A stretch of DNA of 64,000 nt from contig MU058636.1 of NCBI GenBank assembly GCA_013265495.1, forward strand, positions 4,003,741 to 4,067,740. The letters run 5' to 3'. This DNA comes from Vicugna vicugna. Its lineage: Eukaryota. This document shows, in pieces, positions 49,691-63,705 of the stretch. Under the pieces are notes generated by a model. It searched no databases. It had not been told where the DNA came from and saw nothing but the letters and a program-made list of their open reading frames with translations. Numbering within the stretch: position 1 is the stretch's first letter; each line of letters starts with the position of its first letter. Both the position numbers and the translations under genes were made by a program.

Positions 49691-52600
49691 CTTCATGTTA
49701 GCCTCATACAAGTTTATATTCTTTCCACCTCGATCCCACACCCTTGAGAGCCGTACCATACACGTGCGTGTCTTCTGTCTGCATACACTGGGAAGATCGC
49801 AGCGCTCTGTTGGTATTCCCTCCCCACTCCACCATGCTCACACACTGGACCCCAGATAGGAAAGCAGCTATAAAGGACTTCGCTGGGACAGCGGAAGACA
49901 TCCGCGTATGAACTGTGGACTGGCGCCTAGAGCTCGTCTGTGTTAAGCTGTCTGTGTTTGACCCTTGTGCTTCTACTATTTTTCTTGTTCTTAGAGAATA
50001 TATCCAAATCTGGGCGAAACCAGTCTGCTAATCCTCTAAAATGCAGTAAAAATGAACTGTGTACGGACCACTTCAGTCACAGCATTACAGTTCACATAGC
50101 CCTCAGCAAGATTTTGGAAAATTATGTCACTCTTCTTACCTTTTTCAAGTTAACATTTAAAGTGTTTCACCCTAAGTTTTTCTGAGGGGAATTATCCAAA
50201 ACTTGTAAATAAGATAAAAAATGTGATTCTAATGTCTTGCTAAGAGCGTATTTCTAATAAGCCAGTTTAGGATAATCTGAGTGGATGTTAGACTTACTTT
50301 TACATTCGATCAGAGCCCAGTCATTTTACACTTTTACATCTTACACTCCTGTAAAGGTAGAGGCGACTTGTAGAAAAGTAGTAAGATGTGCTGGTTTTTC
50401 TTCCGTCTGCTAGAGCGCATAGCTTTAAGGGTTATGGGCTTACTGTTGGGTGGGAATTAACCAGCTCTGTTTCTAACTAAGCAATCTTGTTTCAGAAGCA
50501 TTCCCTCTTTCATTAACTACATAAAATCCTAGTTTCTCACACTCCTTTTTAAAGATGGCTTTGTCTCATGTTGGTCCCTTCTTTAATGGGTTAAATAAAA
50601 TGCTGACTCACCTATTTGTATGATACTTCACATCTATTTGTATGATATTATGTTAACATTTTGTGAGTTTTCATTTGACAGTTCAAATAGTTGCAAAACG
50701 TGTAGTTTACAGTATATTGTAAAAAATTTTAAAGCGCTAAATCACTCTTTTGATCTATCCAGATGAATCCAAATACCACGGTGATTTAATACCTACTATC
50801 AATTTCTGAAAAAAAAAATACAGGAATGAGCTCATCTTTAACAATCAGAAGCTTAAATCATTGTTTTTCCTCGTTAAACTCATGCCCACAATTCTCAAAA
50901 TCCTGTTATGCTTCTTGGCCAAAAATGTATATATATTAAAATTACTGTTTTGAAAATTTTCCTCTGAGGATTTAAATGTTAAAAAATTCTCAGTTGATTT
51001 ATCACAATTAGTATGAAAATACAATTAACTAAAATAGTTATCTATTAGATTTTTTGATAGTCATTAAATGTAAGAAAGTATTTTATTGGAAATGCAACTC
51101 AATGAGATTAATGGAGCTTTGTATGATTTTTTATACACTCATGGATGAATATTATTTACTGCTATTTTAATTTTATTGATGTAAACACCTCAATAAGTAG
51201 ATAGGAAATATTATAGTATTGTCACTTAATTCTTTGAAGTCCTCTGAATTATATGTCAAAAATTAGAGTAATTTATTCATCCAAAATGATGGTTGGTGAT
51301 CTCCCAGCTAATAACTCCATTCTTCAATTTTGTTGACAGTAAAGAACTGGAAACCACCTGATCTATAGAAGGATTTTTATTGGGTCATTTCCCATCACTG
51401 ATACCAAGACTTTGAATGGATCCTTTGTTTTGTGCCCAGAGGTTTGTGTCCCCAGAGCAGTATCTCATGAGACTTGCAATGTTGGAGCAGTAGGCTGTTC
51501 TTTTACAGAGTGAGAAGAGAGATTGTGGAAGGGGAGGTGGGGAAGGAGAACCTGCACCCACAGCACAAAGTTCGATGCAAATGCAGGGCTGGAAGTGAAT
51601 TCTGTAAACATCCAAAACCACTTACATGGTTTGAAGGCTGCTACTCTACAGAGAACTTCGCTCATGACCTTGTGATGCTGCGAGGCAGGATTCCCTTACC
51701 TACCAGTGCTGACCTTCCAATGGGCTTAAATGACTTCCCAGCACAGGTGCACCGAGCCCATCGGTTTAGTTGTATATTTAGCCCAAACATACCTGTCAAT
51801 AGAATTCCAAAGAGAAACCCACAAAATGAAGAGTATGCAACCTAGAAATTTGTATCAGCATTTGACAACAATTTTTTGAGGTAAGCACTTAAAGAAGGAT
51901 GAAAAATATCCTCTATCATCAGAAGCTAATGGTGATATTTTATTCTGGTATATTAATGTAGAAAGTCATATTGACTCACTTGCCTAAAATTAAGACACAG
52001 AAATATATCATGTTCCCAATGATACGAAGAAAGGCAGTCAACCAAAGAAAGTTAGCAGAAGACACCAGTGTTTGAACAGTCTTATCAGAGACATCACCAT
52101 TTGCTGGGTCACCAGTTCAAACTGCACACAAGGGGGAAGATATGCTGTCCCCTCCCCTCTTCCTCCTCCAACAAGCTTTCAAGGAGCTTATAACTCAATA
52201 AGTGCTCTTCAAAATATAACAGAAAAAGGCTCTACATTCTCCTGTTACAATCCATTTCCAAATCATTTCATTCTGTAACCTCACATGGAAGTCAGGGCTA
52301 ATTTAATTAATTGGGAAAATAGCAAATACATATAAAAAACATATAAAACTCGCTAAACTCATCCTAAGGCATGCTACGTTAACTTGCAGACTAGTCCTTG
52401 CTGACGAGGTACTATAGCTACTCCAATGTTTTATATTATAATATTTATCTGCCCTCTGATTTTATGAAGGTTGTTTTAATCACAGAAGACTAGGATGTTT
52501 CCCCAGCATGGAACCAGGTTCACTGCCAGTTACCAGCCATCTCCATCTGTGAGGCATCAGTGGGCAGTACACTCTCACCCATTTCCTTCTCTTGTGACTC

Positions 52601-53219
52601 CTGAGTGCTCACATCAGCCCAGTTGAGACAAAGGAGGAGACGACCTCCCTGCTGCCCCGGAAAGGGAGCCTGGTGATGCCTTCCTGCGCCCTGTGGCATG
52701 CCGGGGCAGAGCCGTCATCATGGCTGGGAGTCCACAGAAAAACACCCCACTCATCCCCACCTCCAACTTGGGGAGCAAAGAAGTGGGGAGGCAAGAGTTT
52801 AGCTTTTCAAGTGTATGAGGAGGCAGGTTGTTCTCATAATTCTTGTCTTTCACCATTTCCAATGGGACTATTAAAGGAAATGATTCATTAAACCCAACCT
52901 TTCATTCCCCCAACTAAGCAAATGACTTGGCCTGGGAAAAGGATGGAGGACATAAAAAGAAAGACAGAACCAAACAGTTCATCCCAAGACACTTTGCCAA
53001 ATGCTATGGAAATTCAAAGTCAATGTTTAAAAGAAGAGTTCTAGTGAGGAAAGGGAAGGTTCTCTTTTTCTCAAATAAATTTTTTTTTGGTTTCATCTGG
53101 TGCTCTGAATTACTCAGGTGTAGAAGCAGTTGACAAGTATACAGTTTCAACTAGAAGAATGCCTTCTTCTATTTAGTTAACAGTTTCGTTTTTCCTGCTT
53201 GTTCGGTTTAGAGCTTTAA

Positions 53220-53340
53220 GTCTTCAACTCTCAGTAGCCATTAGGATTTCCTGAGTGGCTCTGAAAAAATGGAGATGCTCAGGCTCCATCCCTGAAGACG
53301 GGGGACTCTGCATCCCAGCAGGGACTGAACTCCCTTCGGT
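53220..53340. mobile_element. MER5-like hAT fragment
   Basis: ttcaactctcagtagccattaggatttcctgagtggctctgaaaaaatggagatgctcaggctccatccc. Confidence 0.5.
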
Positions 53341-53794
53341 ACTTCCCCACACGTGACGTGGATGGCAGGTGGGGCACCTGCTGTCCAGTCCTGGAAAGTT
53401 GGGCCCATGGCCCAACATTATGTAGGGTTGTAAGTATTTTTATCAGTTTGATGTTCAGTTTTATGTATAGGATCTATTTGGGGGTTTTGCCATAAAGAGA
53501 TTTTAAATTGTTCATAATTAGACCTGTAAGTATTTTCCCCTATTGTTCACTCTTTGCTTTATTCTTGGAGAGGTCATACTTATCTTAAAATATAAAAATA
53601 TTCAACTACTTCCTCAGTACTATTCTTGTTTTTTAAGTTCATTTATTCAGGCAGGCAGGCACCTACCACCTTTTATCCTCCATCCTCACTTCTGTTCCCT
53701 CTCCTACTTTCAGTCTTTGTTATTTCAGCCATTCTAATGGGTGTGTAGGAATATCTCAAGTTTAAATTTGCATGCCATGAATATTAATGAGGCT

Positions 53795-54274
53795 AAAGAT
53801 AAAGATGTGGTATTTCTACAATGGAATACTATTCAGCCATAAAAACCAACAACATAACGCCATTTGCAGCAACATGGATGTTCCTGGAGAATGTCATTCT
53901 AAGTGAAGTAAGCCAGAAAGAGAAAGAAAAATACCATATGAGATCGCTCATATGTGGAATCTAAAACAAAAAAACAAAAAACATAAATACAAAACAGAAA
54001 CAGACTCATAGACATAGAATACAAACTTGTGGTTGCCAGGGGGATGGGGGTGGGAAGGGACAGACTGGGATTTCAAAATGTAGAACAGATAAACAAGATT
54101 GTACTGTGTAGCACAGGGAAATATATACAGGATCTTGTGGTGGCTCACAGCGAAAGAGAATGTGACAATGAATGTATGTATGTTTATGTATAGCTGAAAA
54201 ATCGTGCTCTACACTGGAATTTGACACAACATTGTAAAATGACTATAACTCAATTAAAAAAATGTTTAAAAAAA
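53795..54274 (+). mobile_element. Young 5'-truncated L1 3' end with A-tail
   Basis: aagatgtggtatttctacaatggaatactattcagccataaaa...gacacaacattgtaaaatgactataactcaattaaaaaaatgtttaaaaaaa; well preserved. Confidence 0.92.
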
Positions 54275-55060
54275 GAATTTCCTTCTATGTAGTTTGCTAA
54301 GAGTATTTTTATTAGTATAAATGAGTATTGGATTTTATCAAATGAATTTTCCATGTCTTTTGATGTCACTATTTTTTCTTTTAGCTTGTTATTGATAAAT
54401 TACATTGTTACTGAATGTTAAACAACCTTAAATTCTTGAAATAAACCCAGATGATTGAGAAGTGTTATCATTTTTATCTATCACTGAATTCAATGTATTA
54501 ATATTTTGTTTTGTACTTTTCAATTTACGTTCATGAGAGATTAACTTATAATTTTCCCTTTGTGCAATGTTCTTGTCAAGTTTTGGTGTTAAGGTTATGT
54601 AGGTTTCAGAAAACAACTTGAGATGTGTTTCCAAATTTTCTATTTTAAGAAAGAATGTTTTTAAAACGGACATTACCTCTTCTTTGAATGTCTGGAAAGA
54701 AGTCACTGGTGAAGCAATCTGGTCTGGAGTTCTCTCTGTGAGATGGTCTTAAATTACTCAATTTTATTAACACATATACTAGATTCTTCTATTTCTTCTT
54801 GTGTCAGTTTCAGTAAATGGTACTTTTCCCGAGATTTCCTCATTTCATCCAAAAATTCATAGCTGGCATAGCACCGTGTTTACTGTCTCTTCAGTGCCCT
54901 ATCTTCTCTGTATCTGCCGAACCTGTAGCTACATCACTCTTTTCATTCCTGATATTGGTTAATTATGTCTTCTCTTTTCATTCTCAGTCTTGCCATGGAT
55001 TTTCAAAGAATCAGCTTTTGGTTTCACTGATTTTCTCTATTCTTCCCTTTATTTTCCCTT
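54275..55060 (-). mobile_element. Old L1 ORF2 (reverse transcriptase region), antisense
   Basis: Minus ORF 54428-54706 TFKEEVMSVL...LFSETYITLTPKLDKNIAQRENYKLIS resembles L1 ORF2 FYEASIILIPKPGRD...ENFRPISL. Confidence 0.85.
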
Positions 55061-55664
55061 TTTATCTTCCCCAGATGTGATTTAACTTCCCTCTAGACAA
55101 CAGTTAGACTAGAGGGCAAAAAATCTGATCCAATCAGGATGTGAGAGATTCAAGGGGAACTTCAGGCTTTCTGAGGGCTGGTCTTTCCACTCTCTCCTTT
55201 CCCCCCTGCCCTCGGCACTTTAGAGAGCTCAGATGAAAACCTGAAATATTTACCAGGGTCCTTCTTCCTTGTCTCATCCTGAAGTTCTGTTAGGTTGTGT
55301 AAACTCTGTCCCATCAAGTAGACACTTAGCAACCATTTTCTGCTTAATTTCTTGGTCTCCTGACCTAGGGCATTTTATGAGCGGCAAATTCCTTGGGAGC
55401 AAATGCACTGCAGAATAATGTAGGATGCTGGGCTCACTGCTCTGTGGTTTCTCTCACTTTAGGCTCTTGGTACCACAAGCCCTGGGAGCCTTATTACCCT
55501 GCATTCATTTTTGCCTCCTAACTGGGAAAATCTCTAGGCAGCTATTCTCTGCTCGGTGTCCATCTTTCACACTGAAAATGAGCCATTCCTTGAGGGAAAG
55601 GAGAACAAAGAAAGTTCGGCTCACCTCAGTAAATTGTTCTTAACTTTGAGCTCTTAACTCTTTG

Positions 55665-56235
55665 AATTAATTTTCTTTTGCTGTGTTTAACAAATTATCA
55701 TAAACTTTGAGGCTTAAGACAACACACATTTATTATTCGACAGGTTCCTAGGGTCAGAAATCCAGACATGGCTTAGGTGGCTCCTCTGCTCCCATCTCTT
55801 TCATGAGGCTGCAGTCAAGGTGTGAGCTAGAGCTAGGATCTCATCTCAAGGTCAGACCAGGGAAGGACCTACTTCCAAGTTCACTCAGTGCTTGTTGGAA
55901 GGAGTCACATCCCTGTGGGCTGTGGGACTGAGCGCTGCACTTCCCAGCCATCCTTTGGCCACAGGCTGCCCTCAGTTCCCTGCCACACGGGCTACTCCTA
56001 CATGGCTGCTTGTTTCATCAAAGTGCCAAGCTGAGAAGGCGACAGAGAGAGGTTGCTAGCAAGATGGCAGTTACAACCTCAGGTAACAGAATCACAGAAG
56101 TGACAGCCCATCACTTTTGTGATATATCGGTTAGAGGCAAGCTAGAAGTCACACCTACACTGCAGAGGAAGGCATCACACAAAAGCATAAATACTATGAG
56201 GCAAGGATCACTGGGACCATCTGCACATCCACTAT
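55665..56235 (-). mobile_element. MaLR LTR (MLT1-type)
   Basis: gctgtgtttaacaaattatcataaactttgaggcttaagacaacacacatttattatt...gggaaggacctacttccaagttcactcag. Confidence 0.8.
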
Positions 56236-56391
56236 CCCTCGGGTCTTGCCTGCCTTGGCCAATTTTTGATGACTATATTCAAAAGCTTTTTTCCTAAATC
56301 TTATTCTGTTTTTAGAGTTTTTCTTGGTGATCTGTTTGATCTAATACAAGCTACTCTATCAGTGCTGCAAGGAGAAAAACAGTATACATGT

Positions 56392-56790
56392 CCTTTTTTT
56401 GTGGGAAAATACACATAACATAAAATTTACCATGTTAGCCAAGTTAAAGTATACAATTTAGTGGCATTTAGTACACAGTGTTGTGCAACCATCATCCCTA
56501 CCTAATCCTAGAATATTTTCATCCACCACACAGAAACCCTAGATGCATTAATCAGTCACTCCCGTTCCCTTCTACCCCAGGCCCCGGAAACCTCAATTTG
56601 CTTTCTGTCTCTATGGATTTGCCTATTCTGAACATTTCATATAAGTCAAATCATACAATATGTGGCCTTTTGTGTCTGGCTTCTTTCACTCAGTATTACT
56701 GAAAACAAGGATCACCCACTCTATAGCATGTGTCCACACTTCTTTTCTAGTTATGGCTGAATAATATTTAATTGTACAGCTATGCTGTGG
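56392..56790 (-). mobile_element. L1 3' end (L1MB-like), antisense
   Basis: aaatacacataacataaaatttaccatgttagcc...gtggcatttagtacacagtgttgtgcaaccatca...ctatggatttgcctattctgaacatttcatata. Confidence 0.85.
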
Positions 56791-58229
56791 TTCCTTTTAA
56801 TTTACACAAATACATCTTGCTATAGATCTCATTCCGCCTTTTATACTGCTGTGACTCAGGAACTTTAAAAAAAATTATTTTCTTTCAGATAAAATGTACC
56901 TCACTGTTGTTATAACTGGATGAGCTTTGATAAATGTGTGCGTTCACAAAGCTACTACCACAGTCATCATATAGAACATGATCCCAAAGATCCATGAAGA
57001 AAACCACAGGACTCCTACAGAAGGGAGAATGAGGTGGGCATTAAGCAATATTAGATTTGCAGTCAAATGGATCAATGCTTTTTAAGTGCTGAGAGTAAGT
57101 GATTTGGAACTTGGAATGCTATCCAAGCCACACTGTCCATCAAGTGTGAAGAGCCAGTAAGTACATTACTAAATATGCCAAGATGTAGAAATTTGATTTC
57201 TCACACACTGTGCACTACTTCTTAGGAAGCTGCTCATGTTCCAGCCAAATGAGACAGTCAACAAAGGAAGGGATCCAGAAAACAACGGCTCCTACTCCGA
57301 TGACAGCAAGAGTCCCAGAGTGACAGAATGCGGCAGGTCTGGAGAGAAAGAGGTCTGGCTCACCCAGGAAGACGGACGACCCCAGGTGGAAGCTCTCCTA
57401 GAGAAAAAGAAGATCCACAGGCCACACAGTACTACTGAGATGCTGGGTGAACTTAAGAATACGCTAAAGGGAGAAAATGCTAGAAAGGCAATTAGATATT
57501 TCAGAAAATAAAAGCTGTAAAGCAAAGACACATGATCAAAACACACCAGCTCCTCAGGGAACAATATTTACACAGGCAGATTAGTATGTTTTGATCTTTA
57601 AAACTTTAAAAATTCATCTATGAAGAACAGAAAAATTAATTATTGTTCCAAATAGCACATAAAGATTGTACAAGTGCATGTGACAAAGGCAGGAAGGGGC
57701 GAGGCGCGGGGCTGGGCGGGGGTGAGGAGATGGCGAGGGGGGCTGCATGGTCACGTTTCGGTCTCGCGTGCCGAAAGGTAGTATCTCGAGCTGCTGCTGT
57801 GTGCGGCAGAAAGGGAACCACGTTACTTGAAGTTAAAGAGGTGATTAGTAGAGACACAGATGATACAACTGCACCGCAGGGAGGTGGAGAATGCAGCTCA
57901 GGGGACTCCTCAGGTTGCCAGGTAAATATTGACAGTGAGAGTCTATGACCTAGAAATACACTAGTAAACACAGAAGAGTGAGAAATGACCGACGTGAAGT
58001 GCCTGCCTCGGGGATCTGAACTGGGAGGACAGGACGAGAGAAAGACATTCTGCTTTTCACTACAGGCCTTCTGTTTTACTGGATTTTCAAGACTATGTAT
58101 ACGTATTACTTTTATAAAATGGGAAAACACAAACATGAAATTTAAAAGATGGTGTTTATTTGAGAACTAAGGTCCAGGTTTATGAAGAACTTGGTGGATT
58201 GTAAAAAGGAGTAAGATTGTGTCCTAAGT

Positions 58230-58720
58230 GATGGTAAGATTTTGAAGAATTTTTATCAAGGGAAAGGTTTACTACAATTTGCATAAGAGAAGAAGATTAT
58301 GAGGGGATGACTGATGTGGTTTAAGATGAGAGACAGGTAACAGTAAGGATGCTCTAGCGCCGGAACAAGGCAGAGGTGAGGAGGGCCGAAGCTGGAGCAG
58401 TGGGACTCAGAGGTGAGGAAGGCTGGTCTGGGCAAGGAGGGGTGTGGTGGAGCGGATCCCAGAGGGAGAGAGTAAAGGGAGGCAAGGTGATGCTGGGAAG
58501 AAGAAGATAGAGTTCAGATTTGATGACATTGCACTTGAAGTGCCTGAAGTGGCCTTTGGAAATTCACTGGGCCTCTTGGAACATGGGTGCACGGCTCTGG
58601 AGGGATCTGGGGGGCAAAAACACAAACCAGGCTAGTGTCTGTCCACTGAAGCCATGATTATGGGTTAAATCACTCAAAGACTACAGGAGGAGGAGCCACG
58701 GGCCAGAAGAGCATCGCCAA
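58230..58720 (-). mobile_element. L2 fragment
   Basis: gagttcagatttgatgacattgcacttgaagtgcctg...ggagggatctggggg...actgaagccatg. Confidence 0.55.
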
Positions 58721-61038
58721 AACCGTCAGAGTCCACATGTTGCACTGAGGAACAGCATCTTGGGGGCTGGATGCCTCAAGGACACCTGGCCACCTGATTC
58801 GGGCACACCTATCTTGGCCTAACCACCTGTTTTAAGGTTAAGGCTTACTCTTTATTTCAGAATTCCTAGCACAGACACTGTTTGAGACTCACTTTATTTT
58901 CACATTCTCTATCACAATTATCTTGTCACGTGGCACAAAATTATGAGTTATTTAGTGGGAGAGAGAATGTACAGGCTGTGAAAAAAAAGAAAACCAAATG
59001 ATTTTTTCATTTTGCACTTAGTTGTTATGTTAAGTAAGGAAGAGTAGCTGGCTCTCAGTCAGGACGTTTACTGGTACTTGCTTTCCATGTTGTACTGGGC
59101 CATGCTGTCTTGGCTATCCACTTCAGTACAGGCAAGGCATCTCCTTACCTCTTACAGAATAACTTTAGAAGCAACTAGACATTTGGAAAAAGTAACAACA
59201 GTCTGGATGTGAAATCTACCAGGGGAAAGATAATCTGAACAATTTATTGATAGTTTAAACGTGAAAACAAGTGGTATTAAAGTGTTCAACTGCACCACAA
59301 CATGCAAGAAGTGATAATATCTCCCTGGAAATCAATTACCACATGACTTTCTTGTGGCCACCAAGGTAGGGAGAACTGGGAACATAAAACCCAAAGGAAA
59401 CTTCGAGTTAACAGATGGGTCATAAATACCAAGTGTATTCCCTCAGTGGAGGCGTGTGGTCTCCTGTAAGATGATCTATGCCACAGACCCTCAGGCACAT
59501 GGCTTCCACATGTCAAATATGTTACGAGATGGCTTTATTCCGCTTAACCCAGACTTGGCATCCAGCCTCACTCCTGAAGGGTAACAGTTTGATGAATGAT
59601 GTTGCCTTCATTATTTCATATAATGCATTTGAGTTGTATGTTTTCATCTTAAATGAGTCCACAAAGACAGTGGTTTAAGTCATTTTGTTGACCTGCAGTT
59701 GAATGATACGTCATTTGAGTCAACAAACACACACACACAAACAGATAAGAAACAGTGAATAAGAAACCTGAAAATCCACAGCCAGCACAACCATCAACAA
59801 AGAAAGAACCCGAGCAGCAGCTCATCTGGCATTAAGTGAGCCAAGTTTTCTTAGAGATGAACAACTATTTTTCAACTCGACCGCTATAGAAAGAAACATC
59901 CTGACGTTGTGGTTTTAAGTGGCCAAATCAGATGAAGTCCAAAGAGGAGATGATGGGAGGTGCAACCTTGTAGAATATTGGCCTTCTTAAGTGTTCATTC
60001 AGGAATCTCTCTTGGGCTCACTGCGATGGCCAATGAATTTGGGAGAATGTAGTGTGAGGATGCTATAAGACTGAATTTAAACACGGTATAGTTTTTCAGT
60101 TATGGGGAGCCGTTGATCTGTGTCATGGTCTGGAATAATGGATTACAACTAGAAGTCAAAGAATTCACTTTAGAAATCCACAAACATTGGGTTTAATTCC
60201 TCATGAAACCAGGAACCATTTTAGACATAGGAGATGATACATTTGTCAAAAATGTCATCAGTTTAGCAAGACCGCCCAAGTCTGGATTTGCTGTTATTAT
60301 CTATAGCTACTAATTCATTTGATTTTGTTGTCTTCTAACTTTTGTTAACAGATGAGCAAGTGGCAGTAGTCTACATAGGCATGAACATTATTTATGGGAG
60401 AAAAATCTTAAAATTCAGAAAACATTTCAATTCATCTAGTTTTTTCCCCCAGACCCTTGGGGGAAAAAACTTGTCAAAATCTGAGCACTTGAGCATGATA
60501 ACCCATCTCCTTGGGAAGTGCTTCAGCAGGCGTACCTTTTTGAAAATCACCATTTTAGCCAGTAGAAAAAAGCAATGTCAAGGCATCAGAAGTATGGGGC
60601 TCACTTTTGTTCTTTACCAAAGTCAACACTTGCTTAGCTCACTTCAAAAGTTACTGAGTCTTCAATTTGTCATGTTGACTCAAAAGCTAGCAAATTCTTG
60701 TCATTATTAAATGGCTGAATTAATAGAATACATTGCTTTAATCTAGAAATTTAAAACCTTTTGAACTACTGCTGCAATGTAAAGTAAATGAGTAAAAACT
60801 GCTGTCATTCTCCCCATGCCTGTTAGCAATATCTATAACTCAGGCAAGAAGAGGCATATTGAAAATGTCAACACGTACAGGGTAATGCAGTGGATTCAGG
60901 TAAATCCCAAAGACCGCTCAGTGGGACAAGCAGAAGAAGTGGAGGAGCAGAGAACACTGAGAGGAGAGGGCAGGAGAGAACAAAACTTAACAGGAGATCC
61001 TGAGTTTTAGGAAGAGATAATGGTAAGTTAGAAAAAAA

Positions 61039-61420
61039 TTTTTTAAAATTTTTATTGAAGTATAGTTGACTTACAATATTATAACAGTTTCAGCTGCAAT
61101 CACAGTGATTTGATATTTTTATACATTACGCACCATATGAAGTTATCGTATTGACTGTATTCCCTGTGCTGTACATTACAGCCCTGTGGCCTAGGATGCT
61201 ATACAACTGGCAGTTTGTACCTCTTCAGCCCCTGCACCTGTTTTGCCCGTCCCCTACCCCTCTCCCCTCGAGCAATCACGAGTTTTAGATTCCACATATA
61301 AGTAAAAAGACAGTATTTGTCTTTCTCTGCCTGACTTATTTCACTTAGCAGAATACCCCCCAGGTCTATCCATGTCACAAATGGTAAGTTTCCATTCTTT
61401 CCTATGGCTGGATAATATTC

Positions 61421-61457
<37 letters not shown>

Positions 61458-61905
61458 TTCTTTATTGATTCACCTCTTGGTGGACACCTAGGTTGCTTCT
61501 GTATCTTGGGTACTGTAAATAATGCTGCAATGAATATTGGGGTGCATATACCTTTTTGAATTACTGTTTTTATATCCTTTGGATAAATACCGAGAAGTGA
61601 AGCTGCTGGATCATATGGTAGTTCTATTTATAATTTTTTGAGGAAACTCCATGGGCAATACACTCTTTGACATTAGTCTTAGCAACATTTTTTTGGATCC
61701 ATCTCCTCAGGCAAGGGAAACAAAAGCGAAAATAAACAAATGGGACCACATCAAACTAAAAAGCTTTTGAACAGCAAAGGAAACCATCAACAAAATGAAA
61801 AGGCAACCTACTGAATGGGAGAAAGTATTTGCAAATGATATGTCCAACAACAGGTTAACATCCAAAATATATGAAGAACTCATACAACTCGATATAAAAA
61901 GAAAT
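61039..61905 (-). mobile_element. 5'-inverted (twin-primed) L1 insertion with an internal (TG)n
   Basis: Antisense L1 3' end 61039-~61652 joined to a sense ORF2 segment ~61653-61900 (MKRQPTEWEKVFANDMSNNRLTSKIYEELIQL). Confidence 0.85.
61424..61456 (+). repeat. (TG)n microsatellite, ~16 units
   Basis: Direct inspection. Confidence 0.95.
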
Positions 61906-62789
61906 TTTTTACAAAACTATGATCCTTTTTGCCTCTCCTCCAAATTTAGCAAGGCAAGGAAAGGCAGGTGCATGATTCTGTATCTAAAAATAGTTGGAGT
62001 CAGTGGGTTGGAAATCAAATCCATGGAAAGTGCAGACTGAGAGACCTTACCGTATCCATGCTGAGAGAGATGCAAGTTAAAGACACACTGCCTGCCAGCA
62101 TCCTCCCTACCCGTCGCTCCTGTGAAGCGCTGGTTCCTAGCCCTTCCCACCCTGGCCGGGTTGGCTTTGCAGTCAGGGCATGGGGCTCCAGGAAACTCAG
62201 CTCAGGGTCAGTCAAGATCTATATCCACACCTGTCCATTCAAGGGAGAAACTTTTAGCACCCAACAGGGACACAGTTTGGCATGGGAATAGGTCCCGTGT
62301 TCTTGTTCCTGATGAGAGACAGATCTCTAAGGCTGAGGTGACTCTCACTGGCTAACCTTTCCTGAAGGCTCAGCCATCGCTTTGGTCAACCCCTCTGGGG
62401 CGCTTAAACTCTGGAGCTGGAGAGACGTACTCAGACCAGTTGTAGGTCACGGACACCCACATTAATTAACTTCCTTCCTTCCTCCCTCCCTCCTTTCCTT
62501 CCGCATAGCTTTTGAGTCTCTAATACGTTCCAGATCACTGTTCTTGGCACTGAAGATGGTTAGAAAACTTTCAAGGAGCTTATATTCAAGAGGAGGGAAA
62601 TGGAAAGTTAAGATATGATTTCTCAGATCTTTAAAAAAAATCGTGAAGGAAACTGATAGGATGATGTGGTAGAGAATGCAGGAAAGTGGATCAGGAAAGA
62701 TCTTTCTGATGAAGTGACAAGAATGAAAGTGGCCCCCCTGTAGGAAGGGCCCACGGGAGCAGGGACCTTCTTTGTTTTGTGACTTAGCG

Positions 62790-63300
62790 TGCTATATAGT
62801 TCCATGGATGCTGCCAGAAGACACAAGATGCTCGGTTGAAGACAAAGGACTTTGTTTCTCATGGCACAGGAAGTAGAAGGAACTTGATGCTCGTGCCAGT
62901 TCCCTTTAGCCCCAAAACCCACCTGGTGATGTGTGGCTCCTGCGTGCACAGTGGGTTGGCATCATAGGCAAGGAACTGGGAGCCCAGGGAACCCCAATGT
63001 TTTTAATGGGCTCCAAGCAAACTGGTCCACCTGCTGCCTCAGGGAGATATTGTTTCTATTTTATTGGACAGTAAACAAACCTGCCCCAGGCTCCAGAGTG
63101 AGGCACAATTTCTGCCTTTCAAGGCTCTTTGCTCTACAGACATCCTTCAAAAGATGGTCTGGAACAAAAGCTGTCAGTGCCTCTGCTTGTAAGACATACA
63201 CAAACAGGAGGGGCCTGTGGGGAACTGCGATGCTCCGCGAGGCTCAGCAGTTGGAATAAACTCCCAGGCCCCTCACAGCAGGGTGGGCCATGTGACTCTT
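62790..63300 (-). mobile_element. Probable old ERV LTR
   Basis: tgctgccagaagacacaagatgctcggttgaagacaaaggactttgtttctcatggcacag looks like the U5 end of an antisense LTR; family and boundaries uncertain. Confidence 0.45.
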
Positions 63301-63487
63301 CCAGCCAACGCCCTGTGAGCAGCCACCGCTGACGTGGAGCGTTCCAGGGCCCCCTCTTCACTCTGGCACAGTGACTGTCACGTTTGAGGTGGGAGCTGTT
63401 CAACCAGTCACTACAGCGAGCAGAACACTCAGCTAACCCATGATCGACAGAGAACAGAAGCAAAAACTAAACCTTTGTGGTTTAAGC

Positions 63488-63705
63488 CAGAGACTGACAA
63501 GCTGCAACCCACAGGTGAAATGTGGCCTGTAGTCTGTTTTCTTGTTGCCCGTGAGCTAAAGATACTTGTTTTTTGTTTGTTTTTACATTTTTTAAGTGCA
63601 GTGAAGAAAAAGAGGCAAACAGAGAACATGAGTCAGAGTCCTGTGTGGCCTGCAAAGCCTAAAATATTTACTATCTGGCACTTAACAGAAAATGTTCCCC
63701 AATCC
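63488..63705. mobile_element. MER58-like hAT-Charlie DNA transposon
   Basis: gtggcctgcaaagcctaaaatatttactatctggcacttaacagaaaatg is MER58-typical. Confidence 0.75.

Noticed and set aside
50612..50647. Short tandem duplications (ctatttgtatgata x2; also atgacagttatg x2 near 15568-15594)
   Set aside because: Ordinary slippage events with no apparent functional context.
51878..51886. Strong donor-like GAG|GTAAGC suggesting a downstream exon
   Set aside because: No convincing paired acceptor, reading frame or homology; such motifs occur by chance.
57636..58136. 166-aa minus-strand ORF
   Set aside because: Low-complexity S/P-rich frame over probable L1-derived, GC-rich sequence; no domain or splice support.
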